A stretch of 64,000 nucleotides of DNA from Candidatus Saccharimonadia bacterium. GTDB taxonomy: Bacteria > Patescibacteriota > Saccharimonadia > UBA4664. The notes under the pieces are model-generated. The model saw only the letters and a program-made list of their open reading frames with translations. It had not been told where the DNA came from and searched no databases. Shown piece after piece: positions 51,832 through 61,279 of this stretch; position 1 is the first letter of the stretch, and each line of letters begins with the position of its first letter. The DNA is taken from contig DATKIP010000012.1 in assembly GCA_035544015.1 (NCBI GenBank), forward strand, positions 99,483 through 163,482, in the 5' to 3' direction. The position numbers and the translations under genes were made by a program.

Positions 51832-52056
51832 CTATGGTTGCTGAACAGGAGCCTCGGGCGAGGAAGGAACCGGCGCTTCACCCTCGGCCGGCGGCTGGGG
51901 CGCTTCTTCGGGCTGCTCGGGAGCCACCGGGGCATCCAAGGGAGCCGGTGCTGCGGCGGGGTCAGAAACCGTTTCCGGACCAGCCGGTGCTACCGGTGCT
52001 TCTGCAGGAGCCACTGGCGGCTGAGGGGTAACTTCATCATTCTTTTCGGTATCCAT
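51832..52056 (-). CDS. Pro/Ala/Glu-rich small hypothetical protein
   Basis: AAGGAG SD, low-complexity ORF, terminator at about 51787-51818. Confidence 0.65.
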   Translation of the reverse strand: MDTEKNDEVTPQPPVAPAEAPVAPAGPETVSDPAAAPAPLDAPVAPEQPEEAPQPPAEGEAPVPSSPEAPVQQP

Positions 52057-52180
52057 ATTTGTTTTCTCCTTATGTGTTCGTCACTATAGCATAAGCAAGA
52101 TAAATTTTCAACCGAAGTATTTGCCCCATACCAAGCCAAAAACAAAACCGCCCCGAGGGGCGGCTTCGTAGAATAATTCC

Positions 52181-52257
52181 TGGTGGATCCTAGAGGACTC
52201 GAACCTCTGACCCCTTCAACGTCAATGAAGTGCTCTAGCCAACTGAGCTAAGGATCC
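52181..52257 (-). tRNA. tRNA-Val(GAC)
   Basis: GGATCCT..AGGATCC-ACCA, anticodon arm CTTCA-TTGACGT-TGAAG. Confidence 0.96.
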
Positions 52258-52391
52258 AAATTGTTACAAGGCCAAACTATACCGCAACCCCGGGCAATCT
52301 TCAAGCCCACCGGGTTGAAAATCCCCCACCAAAAGAGTACACTGCCTCGTGGCCAAAATTTGGCCCCACTACGCGCCCCAGGAGGCCCTTC

Positions 52392-52955
52392 GTGTTGTCC
52401 CCCTCCCCCGTCACCACCACGCCGTGTCGCTACCTCCGGACCCCAGGCCAAGGAGCTCCCGGGCTCAGCTGGTTCGCGACCGGGTCGAGAATCGTCCTGG
52501 CCGACTGGAACGGCTGGCTGCAAGCCGCCGCTGGGCAGCCGCGATTCGGCGTGCAATTGACCGGCATCATCGACCCGAGCGTCGATGAGACCCCGCGGAC
52601 ACTCACGCTCGACGTCAACCGGCAGAGCACCATCAACCCCGGCAGACCCGTAGTCATCAATCTCTACGACGGGGCCAGCTTCTGCACCGGTGGCGCCGGC
52701 GCCACCGTCCGCGAGGCGTTGGTGAGCCTGCTGTACAAGATCGCACCGGGCGAGGCCAACTTCACCCTGACCCGCTGCCAGTTCGCCGTGAGCGTGGCTC
52801 GCGGCTACGGCATCAAGACCGACGGCCTGATGGAACTCGAGCTCCAGGCGGCCGTGGGAGACACGGCCTTGCGGCGCCTGCGAGCTGCCGGCCACAACTA
52901 CCAGCAGCTGCTGGCCAAGCTCACGACCACGCTCGACGACGAGCCCACCGCGTAG
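52392..52955 (+). CDS. Orphan hypothetical protein
   Basis: TTGAAA-17-TACACT promoter at 52315-52343, AGGAGG SD, 16-bp hairpin after the stop. Confidence 0.6.
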   Translation: MLSPSPVTTTPCRYLRTPGQGAPGLSWFATGSRIVLADWNGWLQAAAGQPRFGVQLTGIIDPSVDETPRTLTLDVNRQSTINPGRPVVINLYDGASFCTGGAGATVREALVSLLYKIAPGEANFTLTRCQFAVSVARGYGIKTDGLMELELQAAVGDTALRRLRAAGHNYQQLLAKLTTTLDDEPTA

Positions 52956-53070
52956 CCGCCTCCCGGCGGGCGTTCCCAGTGAACGCCCGCCGGGAGAGCC
53001 CCAGAGCCTTCCCTCCTCGCCCAAAATCCGCTATTATCACACAAGTTCACCCAAATGCCCCGCCCCTCGC

Positions 53071-53147
<77 letters not shown>

Positions 53148-53160
53148 GCAATTATTCCCC

Positions 53161-53187
53161 AAAGAGAGCCCTCCAAGGGCTCTCTTT
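53161..53187 (+). terminator. Terminator after tRNA-Val(CAC)
   Basis: AAAGAGAGCCCT-CCA-AGGGCTCTCTTT. Confidence 0.8.
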
Positions 53188-53365
53188 GTATGCCGTCGCT
53201 TTGACAAAATCCCTACCCCGGGGTTACGGTAACCCCTAGTCGCTCTCTTGGAGCGATCGTTCTTTTTAGCAATCTGAAGCGAGGGGGATGTGGTCTTGAT
53301 AAGTCCACGAACGCATCCCCCTCGCTTCAGAGCGGAGCTGAGGAGTCAGACGATGGGAGGACCAA

Positions 53366-54379
53366 ATGTCTGGCAGCATACTGCAAGTTGGTCTGCTGGG
53401 GGTAGGCCGCATCGGCACCCTCCACGCAGAGCACCTCGCGAAACGTTCCGACGTGGCACTGTGCGTCGCCGACATCAATCCGGAAGCCGCCGCCAAGCTA
53501 GCGGGCCGGCTCAATGTCGCGCACGTCGGCGTAGACGACATGTTCGCAAGCCACCCCGACGCGCTCGTGATCGCCACCTCCACCGACACGCACGCCGAAC
53601 TGATCGCCCGAGCCGCCGAGGCCAGAATTCGCACGGTGCTCTGCGAGAAACCGATCGCGCTAGACACGGCGGACACTCGCGCGGCGCTCGCCGCCGCGGA
53701 GGCCGCAGGCCTCAAGCTCCAGATCGGGTTCCAGCGCCGGTTCGACCCCGATCACGTGGCGGCCCACGCCGCCCTGGCGCGGAACGGACTGGGTCGACTG
53801 CACAGCATCCAGGTGCTGTCGGCCGACCCGGCGCCCCCACCCGCGGACTACATCCCGCGCTCGGGCGGCATGTTCCGCGACATGCTCATCCACGACTTCG
53901 ACGCCCTTCGCCGGCTCACCGGCCAGGAAATCGTGTGGGTAAGGGTCGCCGGCGGGACACTCGACCCCGACGACCGCTTCCGGCGGTACGGCGACGTCGG
54001 CACCGCCATGGTGTCGATGCAGCTCAGCGGCGGCACCATGGTGTCGCTCAACGGCACTCGCTACCACGCCGCCGGCTACCTCTACCTCACCACCCTCATC
54101 GGCGAGAACGGAACACTGGTGATCGGGCTGGACGAGCGTTCGCCGCTACAATCCGCCAACCCCAACGTCCCCTGGCCTGGTGCCACTGCGTACGAAAGTT
54201 TCATCGGCCGGTTCAGGCAAGCCTACCAGGACGAAATGGACCACTTCGTGCGATACGCGCGCGGAGACATCGACAACCCCTGCACCGGCGAAAACGCCCT
54301 CCAGGCCCTGCGCGTCGCGCTGGCCTGCAAGCGGTCCCTGGCGGAAAACCGCCAAGTCTACGTGGAGGAGATCCAGTGA
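53366..54379 (+). CDS. iolG: Gfo/Idh/MocA oxidoreductase, myo-inositol 2-dehydrogenase-like
   Basis: GVGRIG, CEKPIA, GFQRRFD, DPAPPP..Y..SGGMFRDMLIHDFD. Confidence 0.85.
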   Translation: MSGSILQVGLLGVGRIGTLHAEHLAKRSDVALCVADINPEAAAKLAGRLNVAHVGVDDMFASHPDALVIATSTDTHAELIARAAEARIRTVLCEKPIALDTADTRAALAAAEAAGLKLQIGFQRRFDPDHVAAHAALARNGLGRLHSIQVLSADPAPPPADYIPRSGGMFRDMLIHDFDALRRLTGQEIVWVRVAGGTLDPDDRFRRYGDVGTAMVSMQLSGGTMVSLNGTRYHAAGYLYLTTLIGENGTLVIGLDERSPLQSANPNVPWPGATAYESFIGRFRQAYQDEMDHFVRYARGDIDNPCTGENALQALRVALACKRSLAENRQVYVEEIQ

Positions 54380-55287
54380 CCAGCCCGAACCCGTCCCCTA
54401 GCGCCATGGACCGAGTCGGCGGCGCCCCCGTCAGCTGGGGCGTCAACGAGGTTCCAGACTGGGGCCACCAGCTCAACCCGCACACAGTCCTCAGCGAGAT
54501 GTCTGCGCTGGGGCTCACGGCTACCGAGGCCGGCCCCGACAGTTTCCTGCCCGCCGACAGCCAGCAGGCCGCCGACATGCTGGCAGGCCATGGTCTGAAG
54601 CTGATCGCCGGCTTCGTGCCCGTAGCGCTCCACCAGGTATGGGACACCCACCGAGCCGAGACCCTCGCCACCCGGGCCACCTGGCTCCGGGACGTCGGCG
54701 CAAGTGTCGTAGTCCTGGCCGCGGCCACCGGTCTGGACGGGTACGAAACCCGCCCCGACCTGGACTTCGACGGCTGGAAGCGGCTACTAGCCAACCTGCA
54801 GCAGGCCAGCACCATCTGCACCGACCTGGGCATGCTGCTCACCATACACCCGCACGTCGGCACAATGGTGCAGCGGCCCACCGAGATCGAGTACGTGCTT
54901 CGCGGCACCGACCTCAAGTTGTGCCTCGACACCGGCCACATCCTGGCCGGCGGCGGCGACCCGAAGCAGATCGCCGAGAACCACCCCGACCGGATCGGCC
55001 ACGTGCACTTCAAGGACGTCAAGGCCCCAGTGGCCGAAGCAGTCCGCACCGACCAGCTCAGCTACGCCGCAGCCGTCAGGCAAGGCCTCTACGCCTGTCT
55101 GGGCGACGGCGATGTCGATATCGCCGGCATCATGCGGTTGCTCGAGAACAACGGCTACACCGGCCGGTACGTCGTGGAACAGGACCTCCAGCTCACCTCC
55201 GCCGGCGCCGGCCACATCCCGCGCCAGAACATGCAGCGCAACCTCGCCTACCTCCGCGGAGTCACCGCCACGCTTGCCAGCCTCTGA
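54376..55287 (+). CDS. iolE: Myo-inosose-2 dehydratase-like TIM barrel
   Basis: GAPVSWGVNEVPDWG, HPHVGT, LCLDTGH, HVHFKD, LGDGDVD, VVEQD; GTGA overlap with iolG. Confidence 0.8.
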   Translation: MTSPNPSPSAMDRVGGAPVSWGVNEVPDWGHQLNPHTVLSEMSALGLTATEAGPDSFLPADSQQAADMLAGHGLKLIAGFVPVALHQVWDTHRAETLATRATWLRDVGASVVVLAAATGLDGYETRPDLDFDGWKRLLANLQQASTICTDLGMLLTIHPHVGTMVQRPTEIEYVLRGTDLKLCLDTGHILAGGGDPKQIAENHPDRIGHVHFKDVKAPVAEAVRTDQLSYAAAVRQGLYACLGDGDVDIAGIMRLLENNGYTGRYVVEQDLQLTSAGAGHIPRQNMQRNLAYLRGVTATLASL

Positions 55288-55434
55288 CACCCCGCTCCCG
55301 GTGGGGGTCGACCGGGGAACCCCTCGGCCGACCCCCACCCGCCCCGCCTTCAGGGCGGAGCCCAAAACCCCGCAACCCGGGGTTTTTGCCTTAAAATAGT
55401 AAGCGCGGCGCCCTCAACCCCAGAAGGGATCATC

Positions 55435-55911
55435 GTGACTACGACAGTGCAGCGACGTAGCGGCGGGATTAAGGTCTTTCGTTGGATTATTTTCGCCCTC
55501 GTCTTCCTACCCATCGTCATATCGATCGTGCCGAGCAAAGAAAAACCGCCACGACTGCGCATCGTCGCGTCAATGATTGGGGCCGATTACCGGGGCTACA
55601 CCCGGGAAGTGACGATCAATCGAGACATCGACAACATCAAGGTTGACTCCTTCAGCCCGATCAAACGTCACGATGACTACACCCCCTCTACACCGAAAAA
55701 ATTCCCCAACGAGATCTACGATCTAAAGTACGTCCTGAGGCCAACGGCCGAACTCACCGACGCCGGCCTGATCATTTGCACTGTCCAGGCCTTCATTGAC
55801 GGCAAGTGGACAAACACCCCGTTTCACGACAACCGACACGGGCCATCGACGGAGGGAGTAACCTGCCACGTGCAGGTGATAGACGGCCAAGTAGTTGCGG
55901 GCCACGATTAG
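55435..55911 (+). CDS. Orphan membrane-anchored protein
   Basis: N-terminal TM helix, downstream hairpin at about 55965-55999. Confidence 0.6.
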   Translation: MTTTVQRRSGGIKVFRWIIFALVFLPIVISIVPSKEKPPRLRIVASMIGADYRGYTREVTINRDIDNIKVDSFSPIKRHDDYTPSTPKKFPNEIYDLKYVLRPTAELTDAGLIICTVQAFIDGKWTNTPFHDNRHGPSTEGVTCHVQVIDGQVVAGHD

Positions 55912-56125
55912 ACCCATCGGCCTAGCCGCCCACCGAGAGCGCATCTCGGATCACAGCCTCTAGCGAGAAGGCCCCGGCCTCGCGCCGGAGGCTCTTCTCG
56001 ACCTTATGGCCCAACCACCACAATTCTACGACGCCCGCCCCAGGTCATCACGCTAATGCTTGCAGCATGCCCCACGCACACGCTACGCTATTTGTACTAT
56101 CTGCCAACATAAGAGGTTTGGGAGT

Positions 56126-57250
56126 ATGCTCAGTCAGCAAATCGCCGACAAAATCTGCGCCAAGGTCAGCGCGCTGGTCAATCAAGACTTGCGTCTCACC
56201 GACGCGGCCGGCCAGCCCCTCTCCCAAACCTCCGCCCTCAAACCCGAGCCAGTAAACCTCACCGAGGTTGCTTGGGCCATCCCATTCTCATATGGCGGCA
56301 ACGTCGTAGGCTACATCGCCCTCGAAACCGAAATGCCCAACCACACCGAAATCGCCCCGCTCATTCGCTCCATTGCCGAGCTCGTGATGCACCAATCGCT
56401 CGTGCTTGAGCAAATCCCGCGCCAAGACGAGCGCCTCGACAAATTCATCTACGACCTCCTCAACCAACCCCAGCCCGAATGGAGCCTCCTCGCCGCCGAG
56501 GCCCGCCTGTTCGACATCGAGCTCGATCGACCCCGCATCGCTATCGTCATTCAAATCGACGACCCCAGCCTCACCTCGCGATTCCAAGACCCCTCCGGCG
56601 ACCGCGAAGTCCGCCTCACCCGCTACAAATTTGGCATCACCCGCGCCCTCAATTCGTTCTACACCTCTAGCCGCGAAAACGTGGTGAGCTACCTCGGCGG
56701 CACCTCGTTTTGCATCCTCAAAGATATCCTGCCCACCGGCGACTCCGACCTCGACGCCGGTCTCGAAAACTTCAAAAAAAGCCTCGGCGTCATCTATGGC
56801 ATTCTCAAAAGCGAACTCAAACCCCCCACCACCGTCGGGGTCGGCAATTACCACCCCGGCCTCGAGGGCTTGCGTCAAAGTTTCCACGAGGCCACCTCCG
56901 CCATCGAGCTGGGCGCCCAAACCTGGGACGTCGACCGCATGTACCACATCGACGATTTCGGCGTGGTTGCCCCCCTCTTGTCCGGTGTCGACGAAAATAA
57001 TATCTACTTCTCGCGTGAACTCCTCGACCGCGTCGGCGAAAACAACGAAATCATCCAGACCCTCGAGGCCTTCTTTAGCTTCGACATGTCGCTCACCCGC
57101 ACCGCCGAGACCCTCAAAATCCACCGCAACACCCTCGTCTACCGCCTCGACCGCATCACCGAAACCCTCGGCCTCGATCCACGCGTATTCGACGACGCCA
57201 TTCAGATCAAGCTGGCGATTCTCTACAGCCGCTTTGTGGAGCGTGGCTAA
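56126..57250 (+). CDS. CdaR/PucR family transcriptional regulator
   Basis: LSQQIADKI N-terminus, VGVG..L..SF, TAETLKIHRNTLVYRLDRI..GLDPR HTH. Confidence 0.92.
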   Translation: MLSQQIADKICAKVSALVNQDLRLTDAAGQPLSQTSALKPEPVNLTEVAWAIPFSYGGNVVGYIALETEMPNHTEIAPLIRSIAELVMHQSLVLEQIPRQDERLDKFIYDLLNQPQPEWSLLAAEARLFDIELDRPRIAIVIQIDDPSLTSRFQDPSGDREVRLTRYKFGITRALNSFYTSSRENVVSYLGGTSFCILKDILPTGDSDLDAGLENFKKSLGVIYGILKSELKPPTTVGVGNYHPGLEGLRQSFHEATSAIELGAQTWDVDRMYHIDDFGVVAPLLSGVDENNIYFSRELLDRVGENNEIIQTLEAFFSFDMSLTRTAETLKIHRNTLVYRLDRITETLGLDPRVFDDAIQIKLAILYSRFVERG

Positions 57251-58431
57251 TGCAGCTCAACACCGCTCTCGCCCGCCAAATCTCCGACAAGGCCAACCAA
57301 GTGCTCAAACGCGACCTGCTCATCGCCGACCTGTCGGGCCAGATCCTCGCCGGTGGTCCCGGCCGCGCCTTTGTCTCCGAGGCGCTTTCGGCCGCCCAAA
57401 CCGGCCGGCCCACCACCTCCGAATTCGAGGAGCGGCAAACCAAATGGTGGCCGTTCGTCTACGACGAGCGCACCATCGCCGTGTTTGGCCTGCCGCTCGA
57501 CACCGGCCCCATCACCCAAGAGGCCACCACCCTGCTCCAGGGACTCGCCGAGGTCATCGTATACCAGCACTTCCTGCTCGATAAAATCCAGTCGGCCGAA
57601 CGCGTGCGCGCCGATTTTGTCCGCACCCTCCTCACTGCCCCCACCATCGACGCCGCCGACATTCATCGCCAGGCCGACATCCTCCAGCTCAACGTGCGCG
57701 GCGCCCAAGCCGTCATCCTCATCCACCTCGACGGTTTCGAGACCTCAGTGCGGTCCAAGCACCCCCATCTGTCGTCAGAAGAACAACAACTTCAAATCGA
57801 CACCGCCGCCGAAGCCATCAACATCCTCGTCCGCGACGGCTTCAAAAACCTTCAAGAAAACCTCATGGCGTATCTCGGCGAAGATCGCTTCGTTCTTCTC
57901 AAAGGTCTCACCGGCGAAACCCTCACCACCCTCAACACCATCCGCCAAATGACCGAGAAAGCCCAAGCCACCTTCGCGATGCTCGGCGCCGCCAAACTCG
58001 ACCAACCCATCACCCTCGGCATCGGCCAATACTATCCCGATCTGGGCGGCCTCCGCAAAAGCTACCAGGATGCCAAGCTGGCGCTCGAAGTTGGCTCCAA
58101 GGTCTGGGGTACCGGCCGCGTCTACCACATCAAACAGGTCGGCATGTTCATCACCCTCGCCGCCACCAGCCAAGACCGCAAAGCCGAGCTCGCCCACCAA
58201 ATTCTGTCACCCCTGTTGCGCGACGAACAACTCTTCAAGACCGTCCAAGCCTTCCTGAGCTGCGGCCTCAACCTCACCGACGCCGCCGAAAAGCTCCACA
58301 TCCACCGCAACACCCTCATTTACCGCCTCGACAAAACCAAGAAGCTCATCAATCTCGATCCGCGCCATTTCGACGACGCCCTGCAGATCAAATTGGGCCT
58401 CATGTTCTACCAGGACCAATCCGTCGCCTAA
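57250..58431 (+). CDS. CdaR/PucR family transcriptional regulator (paralog)
   Basis: LARQISDK, LGIG..LRKSY, AAEKLHIHRNTLIYRLDK..LDPR. Confidence 0.92.
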   Translation: MQLNTALARQISDKANQVLKRDLLIADLSGQILAGGPGRAFVSEALSAAQTGRPTTSEFEERQTKWWPFVYDERTIAVFGLPLDTGPITQEATTLLQGLAEVIVYQHFLLDKIQSAERVRADFVRTLLTAPTIDAADIHRQADILQLNVRGAQAVILIHLDGFETSVRSKHPHLSSEEQQLQIDTAAEAINILVRDGFKNLQENLMAYLGEDRFVLLKGLTGETLTTLNTIRQMTEKAQATFAMLGAAKLDQPITLGIGQYYPDLGGLRKSYQDAKLALEVGSKVWGTGRVYHIKQVGMFITLAATSQDRKAELAHQILSPLLRDEQLFKTVQAFLSCGLNLTDAAEKLHIHRNTLIYRLDKTKKLINLDPRHFDDALQIKLGLMFYQDQSVA

Positions 58432-58626
58432 CGCTCGTCCGACGAAATATCGTGTTCAAGGAGCCAAACTTTTCCCTCACTCAGGCCAAGTCACAAACCA
58501 GCTCCAAAATTTTACTAAAATTTTGTGACATAACGCCTTTGCTGACAGACCGCATACCAGTATCTTGAAAGCACCGTCTGAGGAAAAGCAAGTCAACGTA
58601 GAGTGGGTAAAGAACAGAGGCAGCAG

Positions 58627-58860
58627 ATGAAAAAAAACAATCTCGAAGACTATTTAGATTTTTATCTAGAACTTCCGCCGACAGACTACCTAAAAGACAT
58701 TGAGATCCAAGACGAATACGAGAAGCCGGCCGACCACACGATGCGTGGCCTCAGCGACGAGCAAGTCTCGCAAATTGCCGCCGACTCACTACGTGAGGCC
58801 AAACGCTCGCCGGCCACGCCGGCCCCCAAAGCTTCCGTCAACAAGCACCACAAATCCTAG
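58627..58860 (+). CDS. Small hypothetical protein
   Basis: GAGG SD; ORF followed by hairpin AGTCGC/GCGACT and a T-run. Confidence 0.55.
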   Translation: MKKNNLEDYLDFYLELPPTDYLKDIEIQDEYEKPADHTMRGLSDEQVSQIAADSLREAKRSPATPAPKASVNKHHKS

Positions 58861-58908
58861 ATAAGACCCCGCCCCCACCAAGTCGCCCCACGCGACTTTT
58901 TTTTGGAC

Positions 58909-58937
58909 TTGACTGTTCGGATTTAGTTCGGTACATT
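58909..58937 (+). promoter_or_regulatory. Promoter TTGACT-17-TACATT whose spacer is a GTTC-N7-GTTC box
   Basis: Spacer GTTCGGATTTAGTTCGG (58915-58931). Confidence 0.8.
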
Positions 58938-58980
58938 GGTTCACGAGGGACACATTGGGTTTTACTTAAAGGAGAGTTTC

Positions 58981-59391
58981 ATGGCCGAATCAATCGAACA
59001 ACTACGTATCTACAAGACCGCCCGAAGCGCCGAAGACAGCGTCTACGAACTGGTCAAGACATTACCCGCCGACCACTTCTACGGACTCGGCAACGACCTG
59101 CGTCGCTCCAGCGCCGCCGTCTCACACCACATCATGGGTGCTCATCGCCTCTTCAGCTACCGACTTAAGCTCGACGAGCTAGCAGCCATGCGCCGCGAGG
59201 CTGAAATCACCCAGAAATTCCTCGATGAGGCCCGCCAGTTCGGCGCCACCGATGAGCTCATCACCGACTACACAGCCGTCATCAAGCAGTCCTGGGGGCT
59301 CACCAAATGGCTCAAAGCCCGCCTGGCCGAAAAGCAGGAAAAAGCCGAAGTCGCCGCCAAAGAAGAGCTAGTTGCAGCTATGGCATCGTAG
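58981..59391 (+). CDS. Four-helix-bundle protein (23S rRNA IVP-like family)
   Basis: EQLRIYK.A..VYEL..LP....YGL..DLRRSS..V..I pattern; AAGGAG SD. Confidence 0.8.
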   Translation: MAESIEQLRIYKTARSAEDSVYELVKTLPADHFYGLGNDLRRSSAAVSHHIMGAHRLFSYRLKLDELAAMRREAEITQKFLDEARQFGATDELITDYTAVIKQSWGLTKWLKARLAEKQEKAEVAAKEELVAAMAS

Positions 59392-59452
59392 ACATTTCAA
59401 CAACACCCGTCAGCAGCTCCGCTCCACCGGAGCTGTTTTTTGATGCAAAATG

Positions 59453-59566
59453 CGCTCGTCCAGGGGTGGGCTCGTACTTGCTCAACGAACTCGACCTCTT
59501 AGCAAATCACCATCTGCCGTCTTGTCTGGCGCTTCGCTATCGTACGAACCCACCCCTTCCCGAGCG
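59453..59566. repeat. Long imperfect inverted repeat between convergent genes
   Basis: CGCTCG-TCC-AGGGGTGGG-C-TCGTAC pairs with GTACGA-A-CCCACCCCT-TCC-CGAGCG around an approximately 64-nt loop. Confidence 0.7.
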
Positions 59567-59567
59567 T

Positions 59568-60851
59568 TCACTCAAAATATCGCACCGTCCCAAACGGAAT
59601 CTTATCCTGCATCGGATTCTTGCTAGCCAGCACACTGGCCGGCATCAGCCGCTGCTCGCCATAGCGATCGTTGATAGCATTCATTGCCGCCTCAATCCGA
59701 TCCTGTCGCGCATCCTCACTCTCCCACAAATAGAGCTGATCCGACCTCACCGGCTCCAGCTCGTAGGTCGTCATCACGAGCGAACTCACCACCCGACCCG
59801 GCCACTGCTCCAACGAACGGCCAAACAGCTCCAGGGCCCGCGTGTACAGCTGGTCGCCCCGATACGCCGCCGTTTTGTACATCTTGCGCTCATGCCAACC
59901 CCGCGGCCCACCCCACGCCGGCCGGGTTCCCTCAGCCGGCTCCTGCACATACCCAAGCCACAGCATAAACCCCCGCGCCGCCAAATCATTCTTGCGCAGC
60001 CGCCGCGCCACTTTAGCGCTAGCCTTATATAGCAACGTCGCCAGCTCCTCCGGATCGGCCGTCCGGTGCTCCAGCACGTAGTTGCGCCCCACCGTGCGAA
60101 TCCCAAACGCCACCTCAGTCTCGTAGCCCCGCAGCCTCAAATACCAATGATGCCCATTCACGCTCCGAAACACCCGCTTACTCAGCGTCCGCTCGCTCGC
60201 ACGGTAAAACTCCAGCGGCGTATAAATCCCCGCATCACCCAGCCGCCGCTCCAGCCGCCGCTTAATGTACGGCAGCTCCACCAGCCGCATGAACCCATAC
60301 ACCGCCTCCAGGTTGGTGTGGTCGATCACGTACAAGCCATCCGGCTTCATAAACCCAGCCGCCACTTTGGCCAGCCAGCGATTAGGCGCGATACCCACGT
60401 TCACCGTCATGTAGTCACCCACCTCCTCGCGCACCCGCTGCTTGATCTCGCGCCCAATATCCTCCAGCGGCCGCCCCTTCAGCAGCCCCGCCATGCCCCG
60501 AAAATCAATAATCCCCTCATCCACCGATTTCATTTGCGTCACCGGCGAGTAGCTCTCAAAGATTCCACGTATCAGCCGCGTCACATGCTGATACTTCGCC
60601 GCGTCGCTCTCGCGCATCACAAAATTCGGCGCGATCCGCTTAGCCTCACCGTTGCGCGTACCCAGCTTAATCCCCAGCTGCTTGGCTTCGTGCGACGCCG
60701 CAATACAAATAGCGTAGTCATTCAGCCGGTTCGTCACCCCCACCGGCCGGCCCCGCAGCAACGGATTCGCCTGCTGCTCGGTCATCGCAAACGCCGAGTT
60801 CAGATCCAGGTGCATCACCTCCGGCCGCGCCGGGTTGGGTTTAAGCTCCAT
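59568..60851 (-). CDS. Y-family translesion DNA polymerase
   Basis: HLDLNSAFA..EQ, LRGRPV, AASHEAK, SVDE, LAKVAA..KPDG; QLYLW clamp-like motif; AINDRYG C-terminal motif. Confidence 0.93.
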   Translation of the reverse strand: MELKPNPARPEVMHLDLNSAFAMTEQQANPLLRGRPVGVTNRLNDYAICIAASHEAKQLGIKLGTRNGEAKRIAPNFVMRESDAAKYQHVTRLIRGIFESYSPVTQMKSVDEGIIDFRGMAGLLKGRPLEDIGREIKQRVREEVGDYMTVNVGIAPNRWLAKVAAGFMKPDGLYVIDHTNLEAVYGFMRLVELPYIKRRLERRLGDAGIYTPLEFYRASERTLSKRVFRSVNGHHWYLRLRGYETEVAFGIRTVGRNYVLEHRTADPEELATLLYKASAKVARRLRKNDLAARGFMLWLGYVQEPAEGTRPAWGGPRGWHERKMYKTAAYRGDQLYTRALELFGRSLEQWPGRVVSSLVMTTYELEPVRSDQLYLWESEDARQDRIEAAMNAINDRYGEQRLMPASVLASKNPMQDKIPFGTVRYFE

Positions 60852-60866
60852 CAGGGTTCTCCAGAA

Positions 60867-60895
60867 TTGACATAAATTTCAATAGTTGGTATAAT
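60867..60895 (+). promoter_or_regulatory. Perfect consensus sigma70 promoter
   Basis: TTGACA-17bp-TATAAT. Confidence 0.85.
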
Positions 60896-60961
60896 ATATA
60901 AGAGAGTATTTCCCTGCTCCCCCACCCGTCAGTCAATAGCCCAGGAGAAAGGCGCTCTGGT

Positions 60962-61234
60962 ATGTTCGCATTCCAGCAATCCACTTCCCGCAATGGCGGG
61001 AGCCTCACTTGGATTCCCGACCCGAATACCCAAGCCCTACTGGAAACCGCCCCGCCAGAGATGCTTGCTTGCTTCGAGGAACTCATCGGGCAAGCCCTGA
61101 AAATGCTCGGGGGGATCATCACCGCAGCCATCCACAGCGATGGAGGCAGCGCCGAGCAAGTTTTCGGCGACGTGGATCGGGCCCTCACCGAGGTCGTCCA
61201 AAGAGGCGTCATTCGCCTCTCCAACACCGGCTGA
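60962..61234 (+). CDS. Orphan hypothetical protein
   Basis: Consensus promoter, AGGAGA upstream, GGCCCCACGACC/GGTTGTGGGGCC hairpin after the stop. Confidence 0.55.
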   Translation: MFAFQQSTSRNGGSLTWIPDPNTQALLETAPPEMLACFEELIGQALKMLGGIITAAIHSDGGSAEQVFGDVDRALTEVVQRGVIRLSNTG

Positions 61235-61279
61235 CGCCCCGGCCCCACGACCGAACCTGGTTGTGGGGCCGCGTCACGT

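Noticed and set aside
53290-55287. 665-aa ORF as a single fusion protein
   Set aside because: Its first half is an off-frame shadow of iolG; the real gene starts at the GTG at 54376 after a GGAGGAG SD
58981-59391. Four-helix-bundle gene as the Avd of a diversity-generating retroelement
   Set aside because: No reverse transcriptase and no template/variable repeat pair in the window
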